The notes beneath the pieces were generated by a model. The model worked only from the letters and a program-made list of their open reading frames with translations. It made no database searches and had not been told where the DNA came from. A program made the translations under genes and the position numbers. Shown here piece by piece: positions 9,402-19,827 of a stretch of DNA of 64,000 nucleotides. The stretch is from a virus (lineage: Duplodnaviria > Caudoviricetes): IMG/VR virus record IMGVR_UViG_3300021400_000529, positions 32,001 through 96,000 of that record; one strand, written 5' to 3'. How positions within the stretch are numbered: position 1 is the stretch's first letter; each line of letters begins with the position of its first letter.

Positions 9402-9727
9402 ATATGTCTAATGTAGTATTAACTGATGATCTTTATAAACCATATCTTAAGGATTTTTCGTATTTTGTAACTCCTATTACCAATGATTTGGAAATTTTGT
9501 ATAAGGGTTTTGAGTATGATGATATATGTAAGGTGTTGGGGTATTTAACAATGTCTCTGGATTCTAAATACACTTTAAATGTTCCTCCGGAGTTGGTGGA
9601 TGTGGCTTTGGAGATTAAATCTCTCCCTCAAAATGATAAATTTCTTATTTCTGAATTATTTGAATATTTGCAGTATGATTGTCCGAGGAAAGTCATTAAA
9701 AAATACATTCCTGAACAATTTTTTTAA
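9398..9727 (+). CDS. hypothetical protein
   Basis: 109-aa ORF followed by a T-run. Confidence 0.7.
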   Translation: MNMSNVVLTDDLYKPYLKDFSYFVTPITNDLEILYKGFEYDDICKVLGYLTMSLDSKYTLNVPPELVDVALEIKSLPQNDKFLISELFEYLQYDCPRKVIKKYIPEQFF

Positions 9728-9839
9728 TTTTTTTTTCAATAAAATAAAAACATTTAAATACTTTGAATTATATAATATAGTCATGGAAGTATAACATCAA
9801 TATCTTCCTGGAAAAAAAACTATCTAGAGATGATGAAAT

Positions 9840-10352
9840 ATGATAATAAATTTAGAACAAAACTTAGAAGGGTTCAATAGATACAATGGCGGATGGGTAA
9901 AAACCATCACAAAACTGGACAAAGACTACAACAATGGATACAGCCTAAACGGTGAATTCATAGCCAACAAACGAGTAAAGAACGTGAACCTTGAACCAAA
10001 CATATTATACCTAGACTGCTCCATAGGGGGCAGCAGGAAAAACCAGGAAAAAAATTACCACCTATTCAAATTAGTAGAAGATGAAATATTTATAATTCAA
10101 ACTATTGAAGATGGTGGTCCAGACTGGGCAGTTCAACTATGGGATAATGTAGAAAAAGAACTAGGATTACAAAAAACCAAACCCGAATTAGTACTAGAAC
10201 AAGCCACATCATTGGATACTGATGAATTCATAGATTTCTCAGAAAAATTGTTGGAAGACAACAGATTTAAATTATACCTTATTAAACTCTGTAGTGAAAA
10301 AGGAATTGAACAAGAAATTGTTACTAAACTGTTACTCGGAAGAGATGATTGA
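9840..10352 (+). CDS. hypothetical protein
   Basis: 170-aa ORF after an AT-rich promoter-like spacer (TTTAAATA near 9754). Confidence 0.75.
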   Translation: MIINLEQNLEGFNRYNGGWVKTITKLDKDYNNGYSLNGEFIANKRVKNVNLEPNILYLDCSIGGSRKNQEKNYHLFKLVEDEIFIIQTIEDGGPDWAVQLWDNVEKELGLQKTKPELVLEQATSLDTDEFIDFSEKLLEDNRFKLYLIKLCSEKGIEQEIVTKLLLGRDD

Positions 10353-10609
10353 ATATGAACTATGAAAAATTAGCACAGTATATCCAAGACAATAATGAAC
10401 AAATCTGTCACTTAACCACGTGGGGAACATGGTTTAAACTAAACACACCCTCACTAACCATTTTACTGGAATTAATCGATAATGATTTATGTAAAGATTA
10501 CACTAATGAACAATTATATGACTTATATAAAAAGATACTTGTAAATCAAGATCAATTCAGTGAAGCATTAAGTTCTGGTGATCTTTGTAATGTAATAGAT
10601 TTAATGTAA
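10349..10609 (+). CDS. hypothetical protein
   Basis: 86-aa ORF. Confidence 0.65.
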   Translation: MNMNYEKLAQYIQDNNEQICHLTTWGTWFKLNTPSLTILLELIDNDLCKDYTNEQLYDLYKKILVNQDQFSEALSSGDLCNVIDLM

Positions 10610-10699
10610 AGGGAATGATATTAAAAAAAAACTATTTTTTTTAGGGGAGTTGTAAGAAATATCATATTCCGTCAGTTCCCCCAACATAAATTATGTAAA

Positions 10700-10730
10700 A
10701 TTGTGGTACAACACTATTTTGTGCCACAAT
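10700..10730. promoter_or_regulatory. 12-bp inverted repeat upstream of the R-M gene (operator or hairpin)
   Basis: ATTGTGGTACAA-cactatt-TTGTGCCACAAT, one mismatch. Confidence 0.5.
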
Positions 10731-10790
10731 AAAATTTATTGAAAAATAAAAACAAAATCTAATATAACAAAATATCCGAGGTGATAAATT

Positions 10791-13700
10791 ATGCCTGCAC
10801 CACAAAAAATAATAGAACTAGTAAAAGACTTCAAAGAAAACAAACACGAATACACTAATCCAGAAGTATTTGATGAAGAAAACACTAAAGTAAAATTCTT
10901 GAATCCATTCTTTGAAGAACTGGGTTGGAATGTGCGTAATGAAGGATTAAGTGCAAGATTCAGAGAGGTAGTGTTTGAGGACAGTATTAAAGTTGGTAGT
11001 AAAACCAAATCACCGGATTACTCCTTCAGATTGGGTGGTGAAAGAATATTCTTTGTAGAAGCTAAAAAACCAAATCAGGATATAGCCACAAATAAAGAAC
11101 ATGCTTTCCAAGTCAGAAGGTACGGTTGGAGTGCTAAACTACCATTATGTATTCTCACAGATTTCGAGGAATTTGCTATATATGATACAACTATTAAGCC
11201 AGATAAAAACCAGAATGCCAGTATTGGAAGAATTAAATACTATAAATACACAGATTATGTTGATAAATGGGATGAAATATACAACATATTCAGTAAAGAT
11301 GCAGTATTAAGTGGTAAGTTTGACAACTATGCCAACAATGTAAAACATGATAAAAAAGGAACAAGTGAAGTAGATGATGAGTTCCTAAAAGAGATAGAAC
11401 ATTGGAGGTTACTATTAGCACGTAATATTGCCTTAAGAAATCAAGACTTATCTATAGAAGACTTGAATTATGCAGTCCAACTGACAATAGACCGGATAAT
11501 ATTCCTAAGGATTGCTGAAGATAGAGGAATAGAACCAGGCAACCAACTAGAAAAACTATTGCAAAAAGAAAACATATACACAGAATTTGCTAAAATCTGT
11601 AAGAAAGCTGATGAAAAATACAACAGTGGGTTATTCCATTTTAATCCTTACGACAAAGAAGACTTCACCACAGACACATACACCCTTGATTTAACTATTG
11701 ATGATGCAGTGTTTAAGGAAATATTTAAAAACTTGTACTATCCTAACAGTCCTTATGAGTTCAGCCTTATAAGCACGGAAATACTTGGTAAAATATATGA
11801 ACAGTTCCTTGGCCAAGTAATCCGTTTAACACCAGGACATCAGGCTAAAGTTGAGGAAAAACCTGAAGTCAAGAAAGCTGGTGGAGTATATTATACCCCA
11901 CAGTACATTGTGGATTACATTGTGGAAAATACCATTGGTGAAAAAATCAAGGACAAAACACCAAACCAGATAAGCAAACTCAAAGTCATAGATCCGGCTT
12001 GTGGAAGTGGAAGCTTCCTAATACGAGCATACCAGTACCTCCTGGATTACCACTTAGACTATTACAGTAATATGAAAAAACCACCAAAAGATGTTATTTA
12101 TGAAGACCGAAAAGGACTCAAACACTTAACTATCCGTGAAAAGAAAAGAATACTCAAAAACAATATATATGGAGTAGACCTGGACACACTGGCAGTGGAA
12201 GTAACCAAACTCAGTTTACTATTGAAAGTATTGGAAGACCAGAACAAAGACTTGTTGGAGTCACAACAGAAATTGTTCCATGAAAGAGTATTACCAAACC
12301 TCAGTAGTAACATAAAGAATGGTAACAGTTTAATTGGTAGTGATATACTGAATCAACAAGAAATGTCTCTGGAAGAAGTTAAGGAAATCAAACCATTTGA
12401 TTGGGAAGAGGAATACCCAGATATTTTTGAAAATGGTGGCTTCGATATTGTTATTGGTAATCCACCATATATTCGGATGCAATTAACAGGTAAAGAAACT
12501 ACAGATTACTGTAGAGAAAAATACCTAACACCTACTCAAGGAAATTTTGACATTTACATAGTATTTGTTGAAAGAGCTGTAGAACTCCTAAACAAAGACG
12601 GAAATATGGGTTATATTTTACCTCATAAATTTTTCACAGCACAATATGGTATGCCTTTAAGAAAATATATATCTGAAAAACAGAACTTAACAAAAATCAT
12701 TCACTTTGGAGACCAACAGGTATTTGACAATGCCACCACTTACACGTGTCTATTATTCTTAAACAAACAGGAAAATAAAAAATTTTATTATGATAGAATA
12801 AAAGATTTGACTAAATTTAAAACAAAGTATACAGAAAATGAGAATAAATACTTAAACTTTGACAAAGTTTCATCTGATGAATGGATATTTGTATCTGGGG
12901 ATGAAGAGAAAGTATTTAATAAATTATATGATATACCTACAAAACTTATTGATTTATGTAATATATCTGTTGGATTACAAACTAGTGCTGATAAAATATA
13001 TATCATTCCGTTAATAGAAAAACAAGAAAAAAATACCAAAATAGAATCTAAATATCTTAAACAAGAATTAATATTAGAAAACAATTTACTAAAACCTTTA
13101 TTAAAAGGAGCAGAAATAAAAAGATATGAACAACCAAAAGCAAATAATGGGTTGATCTTCCCTTACCATATAACAAACGAGGAATTAATACCATTAACCA
13201 GAAAAGAGCTGAAACAATATCCATTAACATTTGATTATCTTAACTCAACTAAAGATAAACTACTTAAAAGAAGTAATGTAGATACAAAAAATTGGTGGTT
13301 ATATCCATATCCAAAAAACTTACTGATTATGGAAAAACCAAAAATCATATATCAGGTATTAAGCCAAAAAGGATCATTTACTTTAGATGAAAAAGGAGAA
13401 TACTTTTATGTTGGTGGAGGAAATGCTGGTGGATATGCTATCACAACAGAAAACAACGATATTAATGAATTAAAATATTTATTAGGAATATTAAACTCAA
13501 ATATCACAACATTTTTCATATCAAAAGTCGCATCCTGTTTTAAAGGAGGATATTACTCTTTTGGTAAACATTCCTTTGAACACTTTCCTTTACCATCAAC
13601 TAAGTTAAACAATGAAAACTTAATCAACCTAGTTAATAAAATGATACAATTAAACAAAGAACTCCAAAATTCAAATACTCCTACAGAACGTAAACTTTTA

Positions 13701-13805
13701 CAAAAACAAATAGAACTCGCAGATCAGAAAATTAATGAATTAGTATACCAGTTATATGGTTTAACTGAAGATGAAATAAGGGTTGTTGAGGAAACTATCG
13801 GATAG
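10791..13805 (+). CDS. Type IIG restriction-modification fusion (Eco57I/TaqI-C-like: endonuclease, N6-adenine MTase, TRD)
   Basis: N-terminal PDY...FFVEAKKP...ILTDF nuclease motifs; GVYYTP, motif I DPACGSGSF, motif IV GNPPY; C-terminal INELVYQLYGLT.DEI; 1004 aa. Confidence 0.9.
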   Translation: MPAPQKIIELVKDFKENKHEYTNPEVFDEENTKVKFLNPFFEELGWNVRNEGLSARFREVVFEDSIKVGSKTKSPDYSFRLGGERIFFVEAKKPNQDIATNKEHAFQVRRYGWSAKLPLCILTDFEEFAIYDTTIKPDKNQNASIGRIKYYKYTDYVDKWDEIYNIFSKDAVLSGKFDNYANNVKHDKKGTSEVDDEFLKEIEHWRLLLARNIALRNQDLSIEDLNYAVQLTIDRIIFLRIAEDRGIEPGNQLEKLLQKENIYTEFAKICKKADEKYNSGLFHFNPYDKEDFTTDTYTLDLTIDDAVFKEIFKNLYYPNSPYEFSLISTEILGKIYEQFLGQVIRLTPGHQAKVEEKPEVKKAGGVYYTPQYIVDYIVENTIGEKIKDKTPNQISKLKVIDPACGSGSFLIRAYQYLLDYHLDYYSNMKKPPKDVIYEDRKGLKHLTIREKKRILKNNIYGVDLDTLAVEVTKLSLLLKVLEDQNKDLLESQQKLFHERVLPNLSSNIKNGNSLIGSDILNQQEMSLEEVKEIKPFDWEEEYPDIFENGGFDIVIGNPPYIRMQLTGKETTDYCREKYLTPTQGNFDIYIVFVERAVELLNKDGNMGYILPHKFFTAQYGMPLRKYISEKQNLTKIIHFGDQQVFDNATTYTCLLFLNKQENKKFYYDRIKDLTKFKTKYTENENKYLNFDKVSSDEWIFVSGDEEKVFNKLYDIPTKLIDLCNISVGLQTSADKIYIIPLIEKQEKNTKIESKYLKQELILENNLLKPLLKGAEIKRYEQPKANNGLIFPYHITNEELIPLTRKELKQYPLTFDYLNSTKDKLLKRSNVDTKNWWLYPYPKNLLIMEKPKIIYQVLSQKGSFTLDEKGEYFYVGGGNAGGYAITTENNDINELKYLLGILNSNITTFFISKVASCFKGGYYSFGKHSFEHFPLPSTKLNNENLINLVNKMIQLNKELQNSNTPTERKLLQKQIELADQKINELVYQLYGLTEDEIRVVEETIG

Positions 13806-13950
13806 TATTGTTTTTTTCTTTTTTTTAATTGTGTTTTTTCTTTTTTTCTTTATTTGTATGTGTTTTTGTTTTTATTTTTGTTTATTTCTTTGTGTTTTTT
13901 CTTTTTTTGTTGTTTTTGTTGTTTTTTTGTTGTTTTTTTCTTTTTTTATG
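13806..13950. repeat. T-rich low-complexity tract
   Basis: About 145 nt made almost entirely of T-runs broken by G or C. Confidence 0.85.
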
Positions 13951-14005
13951 GTTAACTTTATATTATATAGAGAGAAGGTGTTCCAGATTGTAATATTGGG
14001 AAAAT

Positions 14006-14251
14006 ATGAAAACTGAAACACAAACATTAATCATATTAATTTTAGGACTATATGCAATAGTGAGTCTGATTGGTTTGATTGGTCTCGTGGGTTTTACAAG
14101 TTATGATGTGAATATAATTCTTGCTTTGGTAACAGTAACTACTACTCCAATAAGTATATTGGGTGGTTTCATTGCTGGAAAAACATTGACTGAAAAACAA
14201 AGTGAAGAATTATTGGAATCAGAATTTGGTGAAACGGAAGGGGGAGCATGA
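14006..14251 (+). CDS. two-TM membrane protein, possible holin
   Basis: Two hydrophobic helices and a charged C-terminal tail, 81 aa. Confidence 0.55.
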   Translation: MKTETQTLIILILGLYAIVSLIGLIGLVGFTSYDVNIILALVTVTTTPISILGGFIAGKTLTEKQSEELLESEFGETEGGA

Positions 14252-14601
14252 ACCAACAGGATTTGGAAGTTGCTATAGAAGTATTAAAAGAAAGACAGAG
14301 AGTACAAGCTAACCACCTTAAGGATGTTGATGAATGTTGTGGTAAATTGAAGGGTAGTACTGATGCAGAATTTCGTTCCATCACCGAAAAGGTATTGAGG
14401 ATGGAAGCCCATATCGATGATAATTGTAGTGGTGTGGAAATGGAGTTCAACACTCTTGATGAAAGGGTTAAAAATCAATGTGAGAGTATTCAGGAGATTA
14501 AGGCAGAATTGTTGGACATCAGGAATACTTATAAGAAAGTGACCCTCGAAATCATAGTGAGTGTTGTTGTGATGATTATTGCTCTTTTTATTCATTTATA
14601 A
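14248..14601 (+). CDS. coiled-coil protein with C-terminal TM anchor (possible lysis accessory)
   Basis: Heptad pattern then IIVSVVVMIIALFI; coupled to the holin-like gene. Confidence 0.55.
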   Translation: MNQQDLEVAIEVLKERQRVQANHLKDVDECCGKLKGSTDAEFRSITEKVLRMEAHIDDNCSGVEMEFNTLDERVKNQCESIQEIKAELLDIRNTYKKVTLEIIVSVVVMIIALFIHL

Positions 14602-14722
14602 CTTCATCAGCATCCCTCTTTTTTTTATTTTTTATTATCTTTTTCTTGTTTATTCGTGTAGTATTTCTTTTTTTTGGAGATTATTTCTTTTTTTTAGTGT
14701 TAGGAGGTTTATATTTTTTTTT

Positions 14723-15508
14723 ATGTCATATGACTTGTTTAACTGTGATTGTTTAGAATGTGTTGGTGAATTGCCTGAAGTTGACTTGGTATTAACTGAT
14801 CCGCCGTATGGTAAAGTTGCGTGTAAATGGGATTCGGTAATTCCTTTTGATGGGATGTGGGATTTGATTCATTCTTGTTCAAGGGAAAATACTGCTGTGT
14901 GTTTGTTTGGTACTGAACCTTTTAGTTCTCATTTAAGGTTAAGTAATGAGAAAGAGTTTCGGTATGATTGGGTTTGGCATAAGAATAGTACTGGTAGTTT
15001 TGCAACAGCTAAGAAAATGCCTATGAAATATCATGAAATAATTAGCGTGTTTTACCAGAAGTTACCTAAATATAATCCACAATTTCAGGAGTATTTGGAT
15101 AGTACGAAAAAACGCTTTAAAAATGGTGGTAAAGTAAATAGGGATAAACAACTTAAAAACAGTACAAACCAAGTTAATGGTGGTTTGTCATTAGAGTCTT
15201 CTGAAATTAATTTAAAAAGAGGAAAATATCCTGAGAGTGTTCAATTTTTTAAAGCAGTAAGGAATAGTCAAGGTAATCGTGTGCATCCATCACAGAAACC
15301 AGTATCCTTACTGAAATATTTGATTAAAACTTATACAGATAAAGATGATACTGTGCTTGATTTTACTATGGGTAGTGGTAGTACTGGTGTTGCTTGTATG
15401 GAAACTGGTAGAAACTTCATAGGAATAGAACTTGATAAAAAATATTATAAAATAGCAGAACAAAGAATAAAAGAAGCCAAACAAAGCAAACAAACAAAAC
15501 TAATATAA
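14723..15508 (+). CDS. DNA N6-adenine/N4-cytosine methyltransferase (beta class)
   Basis: DLVLTDPPY, HPSQKP, VLDFTMGSGSTG; true start ATG 14723 after AGGAGG. Confidence 0.92.
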   Translation: MSYDLFNCDCLECVGELPEVDLVLTDPPYGKVACKWDSVIPFDGMWDLIHSCSRENTAVCLFGTEPFSSHLRLSNEKEFRYDWVWHKNSTGSFATAKKMPMKYHEIISVFYQKLPKYNPQFQEYLDSTKKRFKNGGKVNRDKQLKNSTNQVNGGLSLESSEINLKRGKYPESVQFFKAVRNSQGNRVHPSQKPVSLLKYLIKTYTDKDDTVLDFTMGSGSTGVACMETGRNFIGIELDKKYYKIAEQRIKEAKQSKQTKLI

Positions 15509-15534
15509 TTGATGGGAGAAGTATTAAAGATAAT

Positions 15535-16299
15535 ATGAATAAAGAATACCAATTGTATCATGGTGACTGTCTTGAAATAATGCCACAACTCATAGAAGCT
15601 GGTGTTAAGGTAGACCTCATACTAACAGACCCTCCTTATGGTACAATTCATTGTAAATGGGGTTCAGTTATTCCATTTGAACCGATGTGGGATTGTATAA
15701 ATCAATTAACAAAAGAAGATACTTCCCCAATTTTACTATTTGGGAATCAACCATTCACTGCAAATGTTATCACAAGTAATATACAAGGATTCAAATATTG
15801 TTGGGTATGGAACAAAAAAATTCCATCTGGAATGAACTATGCGAAATATCGTCCAATGCAACAAACAGAAGAAATCATGGTGTTCACGAAGAATGGCGGA
15901 AAATCAAAATATAATCCTCAAATGCAAAAAAGGGATAAACCAATCCGTGGGGGTGGTATGGTAAAAAGTGATACTGCTAGAACTGATAATTTTATTCCTC
16001 TGAAAAAAACATATGAATATAAAAATCCAACAACCTTAATCACTTTTGACAAAATTAGGAGAGGTAGTTTTCATCCAGCCCAAAAACCCACAAAACTATT
16101 GGAATATTTAGTGAAAACATACACTGATGAGGGTGATGTTGTATTGGATTTTACTATGGGTAGTGGGTCTACTGGTGTTGCTTGTATGAACATTAACCGT
16201 AAATTCATTGGAATTGAGTTGGATGAGAATTATTACAACATTGCGAAACAAAGGATAAAAGAAGCCAAACAAAGCAAACAGACAAAACTTGAACTATAG
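15535..16299 (+). CDS. DNA N6-adenine/N4-cytosine methyltransferase (beta class)
   Basis: DPPY, HPAQKP, DFTMGSGSTG. Confidence 0.92.
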   Translation: MNKEYQLYHGDCLEIMPQLIEAGVKVDLILTDPPYGTIHCKWGSVIPFEPMWDCINQLTKEDTSPILLFGNQPFTANVITSNIQGFKYCWVWNKKIPSGMNYAKYRPMQQTEEIMVFTKNGGKSKYNPQMQKRDKPIRGGGMVKSDTARTDNFIPLKKTYEYKNPTTLITFDKIRRGSFHPAQKPTKLLEYLVKTYTDEGDVVLDFTMGSGSTGVACMNINRKFIGIELDENYYNIAKQRIKEAKQSKQTKLEL

Positions 16300-16349
16300 C
16301 TGCCAACAAAATAGATAGGAACAAAAAAAAGGAGGAAATAATTAAGAGT

Positions 16350-16925
16350 ATGGGTAAAAATAGGACAAATCAACACACATTTTCACAAGAAACAATACAA
16401 CAATTAGAAAACCATAAAAACTTATGGATAATGGGAGCATATGACTGGATAGACCAAGAAATGTCACAAGAAGAAATAGATTATGTTAAAGCAAACATGG
16501 AAAACATCACACAAATAACAAGTGGATCTGGTGGAATATATCGTGCAGAAAGCACTACTAGAACGTTCAACAAGGAAAAATTAAAAGAAGGTAAAGAGTT
16601 TCAATTCACTGAAGGCGGAACATTCAAAGCATTCAGCAAAGAACAGGATACAGCAGAAAAACATTCACTAGAATCACTTTTAATGAGAGATGATGTAACA
16701 TTATTCAACATAAAAAAAGGACGAGCATATGATGTAACCAAAGACATGGATACTCATGAAGAACAAGAAGTATGGGTGAATAATGAACAAAACTACAGAG
16801 TAACAAAAATTACTGAAACAACACCACAAGATTTAGAATATAATAAAAAATTCACCATACCAACACGAACATGGGACAAAATTAAAAATAAGAAAGTACG
16901 ATTGGTAGAAATAGAAGAGATATAA
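16350..16925 (+). CDS. MGKNR-tagged ADP-ribosyltransferase-like protein
   Basis: MGKNR start; IYRAE...FKAFSK...EEQEVWV (R-S-E pattern). Confidence 0.7.
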   Translation: MGKNRTNQHTFSQETIQQLENHKNLWIMGAYDWIDQEMSQEEIDYVKANMENITQITSGSGGIYRAESTTRTFNKEKLKEGKEFQFTEGGTFKAFSKEQDTAEKHSLESLLMRDDVTLFNIKKGRAYDVTKDMDTHEEQEVWVNNEQNYRVTKITETTPQDLEYNKKFTIPTRTWDKIKNKKVRLVEIEEI

Positions 16926-16965
16926 CACCACAAAAAAAGGGAATAGATAATGGATTAAAGGGATT

Positions 16966-17553
16966 ATGAAGTATAAAGGACCTTTCAAAACATTAGGATT
17001 ACATAATGACCATACCACACATGGCAGACCAGAACTTGATTACTATGGCACACCACCTAGTGCTGTGGAATGGTTACTCAAGTATGAAACATTCAACAAA
17101 AATGTATGGGAACCATGTTGTGGTGAAGGAAATATTAGTCGAACACTCCTAAATCATGGGTATAATGTTAAAAGTAGTGATATTCATGATTATGGTTATA
17201 GTGGTACTGTTGTGTCTGATTTTCTGGAACAAGAAGTTGTGTTTGATGGGGATATAATCACAAATCCCCCCTATAATAACATAACACCATTTGTGTTACA
17301 GGCATATAAATTATGTAAGAACAAAGTGGCAATGCTTCTTAAAATACAGTTCCTTGAAGGTATTCAAAGACATAAGGAAATCTTCAAGGAAATACCACCA
17401 AGCAAGATATATGTATTCACCAAAAGAATTGAATGTCTCCGACAGGGGCAGAAACCGAGGGGTAGTGCAATATGTTATTGTTGGATAATATGGGAAAAAA
17501 ATAACATTTACGAACCTATCATCCGATGGATACCAAACTATTCGGAGGCATAA
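16966..17553 (+). CDS. small DNA amino-methyltransferase
   Basis: DYYGTP, WEPCCGEG (motif I), IITNPPY (motif IV), YCWIIW. Confidence 0.85.
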   Translation: MKYKGPFKTLGLHNDHTTHGRPELDYYGTPPSAVEWLLKYETFNKNVWEPCCGEGNISRTLLNHGYNVKSSDIHDYGYSGTVVSDFLEQEVVFDGDIITNPPYNNITPFVLQAYKLCKNKVAMLLKIQFLEGIQRHKEIFKEIPPSKIYVFTKRIECLRQGQKPRGSAICYCWIIWEKNNIYEPIIRWIPNYSEA

Positions 17554-18099
17554 ATGGGAAAAAACAGACAACGAAATAATTATGCACTAACATTATCCAA
17601 CTACGAATGGGATAATGAATTCCTTGACATGGTTGATGAAGAATTAACAAATTACGTTGATAATGATGACATGTCATTCATGGACAATGACGAAATAACA
17701 GATTACATAGATGAACAAATGATTTCATCCAACCACCAGTTCACAAGAGTTGATAAAATAGAACACTTCCCAAATCTTGAAGAGGGAGACCCTATAGATT
17801 TTAATAGTTATTATGTTTCTTTTAGCGAAAGCATGACTGCTTCAAAACAGTACGCTAAAGAAATGGGTGGGTCTGACCAGTTAATTATCTTTAGAACAAA
17901 TGGCAATGTTAAATCATTTGATATGAGTGATTATGAGGATAGTTACTATTCATGGCAAGAAGAACATTTGTTACATGGTTATCCAGATGAAGGATGGATT
18001 GTTGATAAAGTAACTGATGTTACAAGTGATTCCCAGTTTCAAGATTTAACTCAAACAGGGGATGGTAAAGTGTTGTTGGTAGATATTTCTTTAGGATAA
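17554..18099 (+). CDS. MGKNR-tagged ADP-ribosyltransferase-like protein
   Basis: FTRVD...YVSFSES...WQEEHLL. Confidence 0.7.
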   Translation: MGKNRQRNNYALTLSNYEWDNEFLDMVDEELTNYVDNDDMSFMDNDEITDYIDEQMISSNHQFTRVDKIEHFPNLEEGDPIDFNSYYVSFSESMTASKQYAKEMGGSDQLIIFRTNGNVKSFDMSDYEDSYYSWQEEHLLHGYPDEGWIVDKVTDVTSDSQFQDLTQTGDGKVLLVDISLG

Positions 18100-18120
18100 A
18101 AATAATTATTTTGGAGTGTT

Positions 18121-18972
18121 ATGGTTAGAGATATTATTAAATTAGGTTCTCATAGAGTACTCTGTGGGGATGCAACTAGTAAAAAAGATGTGGATAAACT
18201 TGTTGGTAACCTGGAGGTTGATTTGTTGTTGACTGATCCACCGTATGGTATTAGTATTGTTCAACCTTCATCTGATGGGGTGGGTGGCAGAGTCAGTCCT
18301 CAATACAGTCAACCTTCAGCACAATTCAAGGGAGGGTCGGACACAAGGGAGGTCCGGGAATCACACCATTCAAGAAGTCGGAATCAGTGCAAAACCGAGC
18401 AAAACATTCACAACACACACACACCTAATGATAACAAGATCATTCCTGCAAGAACATATAAACCTGTCATCAATGATGACAAACCCTTCGACCCACAGCA
18501 CCTATTGGATCTGAATGTTCCTACAATACTATTCGGAGGAAACTATTTCGCAGACAATCTTCCTCAGTCTAACAAGTGGTTGGTATGGTATAAGAAACCT
18601 TCTCTTGATGGCAAACGGAATCATTTCAGTGACTGTGAACTGATGTGGACTAACCTTCCGGGAAAACGTGTTGACTGCTATCATCACACATGGAGTGGAA
18701 TGGTGAGGAAGGGTGAACGAAGACTAGAACTCAAAGAAAGAGTACATCCAACACAGAAACCTGTAGGATTATTAATGGATTTAATATGTGATTACACTGA
18801 ACCCAATGATGTAGTGTTGGACTTGTATGGTGGTTCTGGTTCCACATTAATTGCCTGTGAAGAAACTGGGAGGAGATGTCTGATGATGGAATTATCGAAG
18901 GATTATATAGAGATAATACAAGAACGATTCAATAATTATAGAAAAGAAAATGGGAAAAAACAGAAAAAATAG
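18121..18972 (+). CDS. DNA N6/N4 methyltransferase (phage ParB-MTase C-terminal type)
   Basis: LGSHRVLCGDAT, TDPPYG, HPTQKP, DLYGGSGST. Confidence 0.9.
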   Translation: MVRDIIKLGSHRVLCGDATSKKDVDKLVGNLEVDLLLTDPPYGISIVQPSSDGVGGRVSPQYSQPSAQFKGGSDTREVRESHHSRSRNQCKTEQNIHNTHTPNDNKIIPARTYKPVINDDKPFDPQHLLDLNVPTILFGGNYFADNLPQSNKWLVWYKKPSLDGKRNHFSDCELMWTNLPGKRVDCYHHTWSGMVRKGERRLELKERVHPTQKPVGLLMDLICDYTEPNDVVLDLYGGSGSTLIACEETGRRCLMMELSKDYIEIIQERFNNYRKENGKKQKK

Positions 18973-19813
18973 TTATTCGCCATTAACATTAAAAGAAAAT
19001 AGGGACTCTAAAGACATACGGATGCAAATGGCTTTTCTGAATAATGGATGGGATGATCCTACAGAATTAATAGATGCTTGTGCTGACAACAAAATAAAAA
19101 TTGGAGAAATTACTAAAGAATATGTTATCCTTGAAATGGATGATGGAACAAAGCTAAAAATGACATCAGCATTCTATGATAAATACAGAGCTACTGAAAT
19201 TAAATATGCGTCCCTTAATGAAATGTTTGAAAAACTCAATGAAATCCCCTCTTTATTCAGACATGATTTGAACGAAATAAAATTCGATTATATTCCAAAC
19301 TGGAGAAAGTCTTATTGGAACAGGGGGAACATATTCATTAATGCCCATTTCTTAGAAAATCCTAGGAATGATGATATGTTCATAATTGGAACTATCATAC
19401 ATGAGCATGCACACAATCTTGACTTAATGAAAAAGGGGATAACTGAAGAAACACCTATGGAAAAGGTGTTGAAAGATGGTTTCACCAACAATGACAAATT
19501 CAAGAAGTTAATTTCTAAAAAGGATGTTTCTGAATATAGTCAGGGTTATGGTGAAAAAAATGATCCAAGGTATGCGACTGAAAGTTTCGCAGATCTGATG
19601 GAAATAGTAGGAAAAGCACGAATTTATGGTGAAAATAGAATTGAAGCATCAATACTGGTAAAAGAATATAATGAAAAAACCGGAAAATATGATGAAAAAA
19701 CAGTTGGTTATATTGAATGGGCAAAAACTCATAAAGAATTAGCAGAATTTGGTAATAAAATATGGGATGCTGAAACATTAGAGGATGTTGAGAAAGCATT
19801 CAATGATTTGTGA
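18950..19813 (+). CDS. MGKNR-tagged zincin metallopeptidase
   Basis: HEHAHNLD...VSEYS...ESFAD. Confidence 0.8.
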   Translation: MGKNRKNSYSPLTLKENRDSKDIRMQMAFLNNGWDDPTELIDACADNKIKIGEITKEYVILEMDDGTKLKMTSAFYDKYRATEIKYASLNEMFEKLNEIPSLFRHDLNEIKFDYIPNWRKSYWNRGNIFINAHFLENPRNDDMFIIGTIIHEHAHNLDLMKKGITEETPMEKVLKDGFTNNDKFKKLISKKDVSEYSQGYGEKNDPRYATESFADLMEIVGKARIYGENRIEASILVKEYNEKTGKYDEKTVGYIEWAKTHKELAEFGNKIWDAETLEDVEKAFNDL

Positions 19814-19827
19814 AAAAAAAAGAATGT

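Noticed and set aside
13783-14016. 77-aa Phe-rich ORF
   Set aside because: Translation of the T-rich tract; no RBS or plausible composition.
14006-14601. Complete lysis cassette
   Set aside because: No endolysin or pseudomurein endoisopeptidase is recognisable nearby; the holin call rests on topology only.
14579-14722. Hydrophobic N-terminal extension of the first MTase (likewise extensions at 28269, 50394 and 60963)
   Set aside because: These are T-rich intergenic sequence; better starts lie downstream, with an RBS or matching paralog N-termini.
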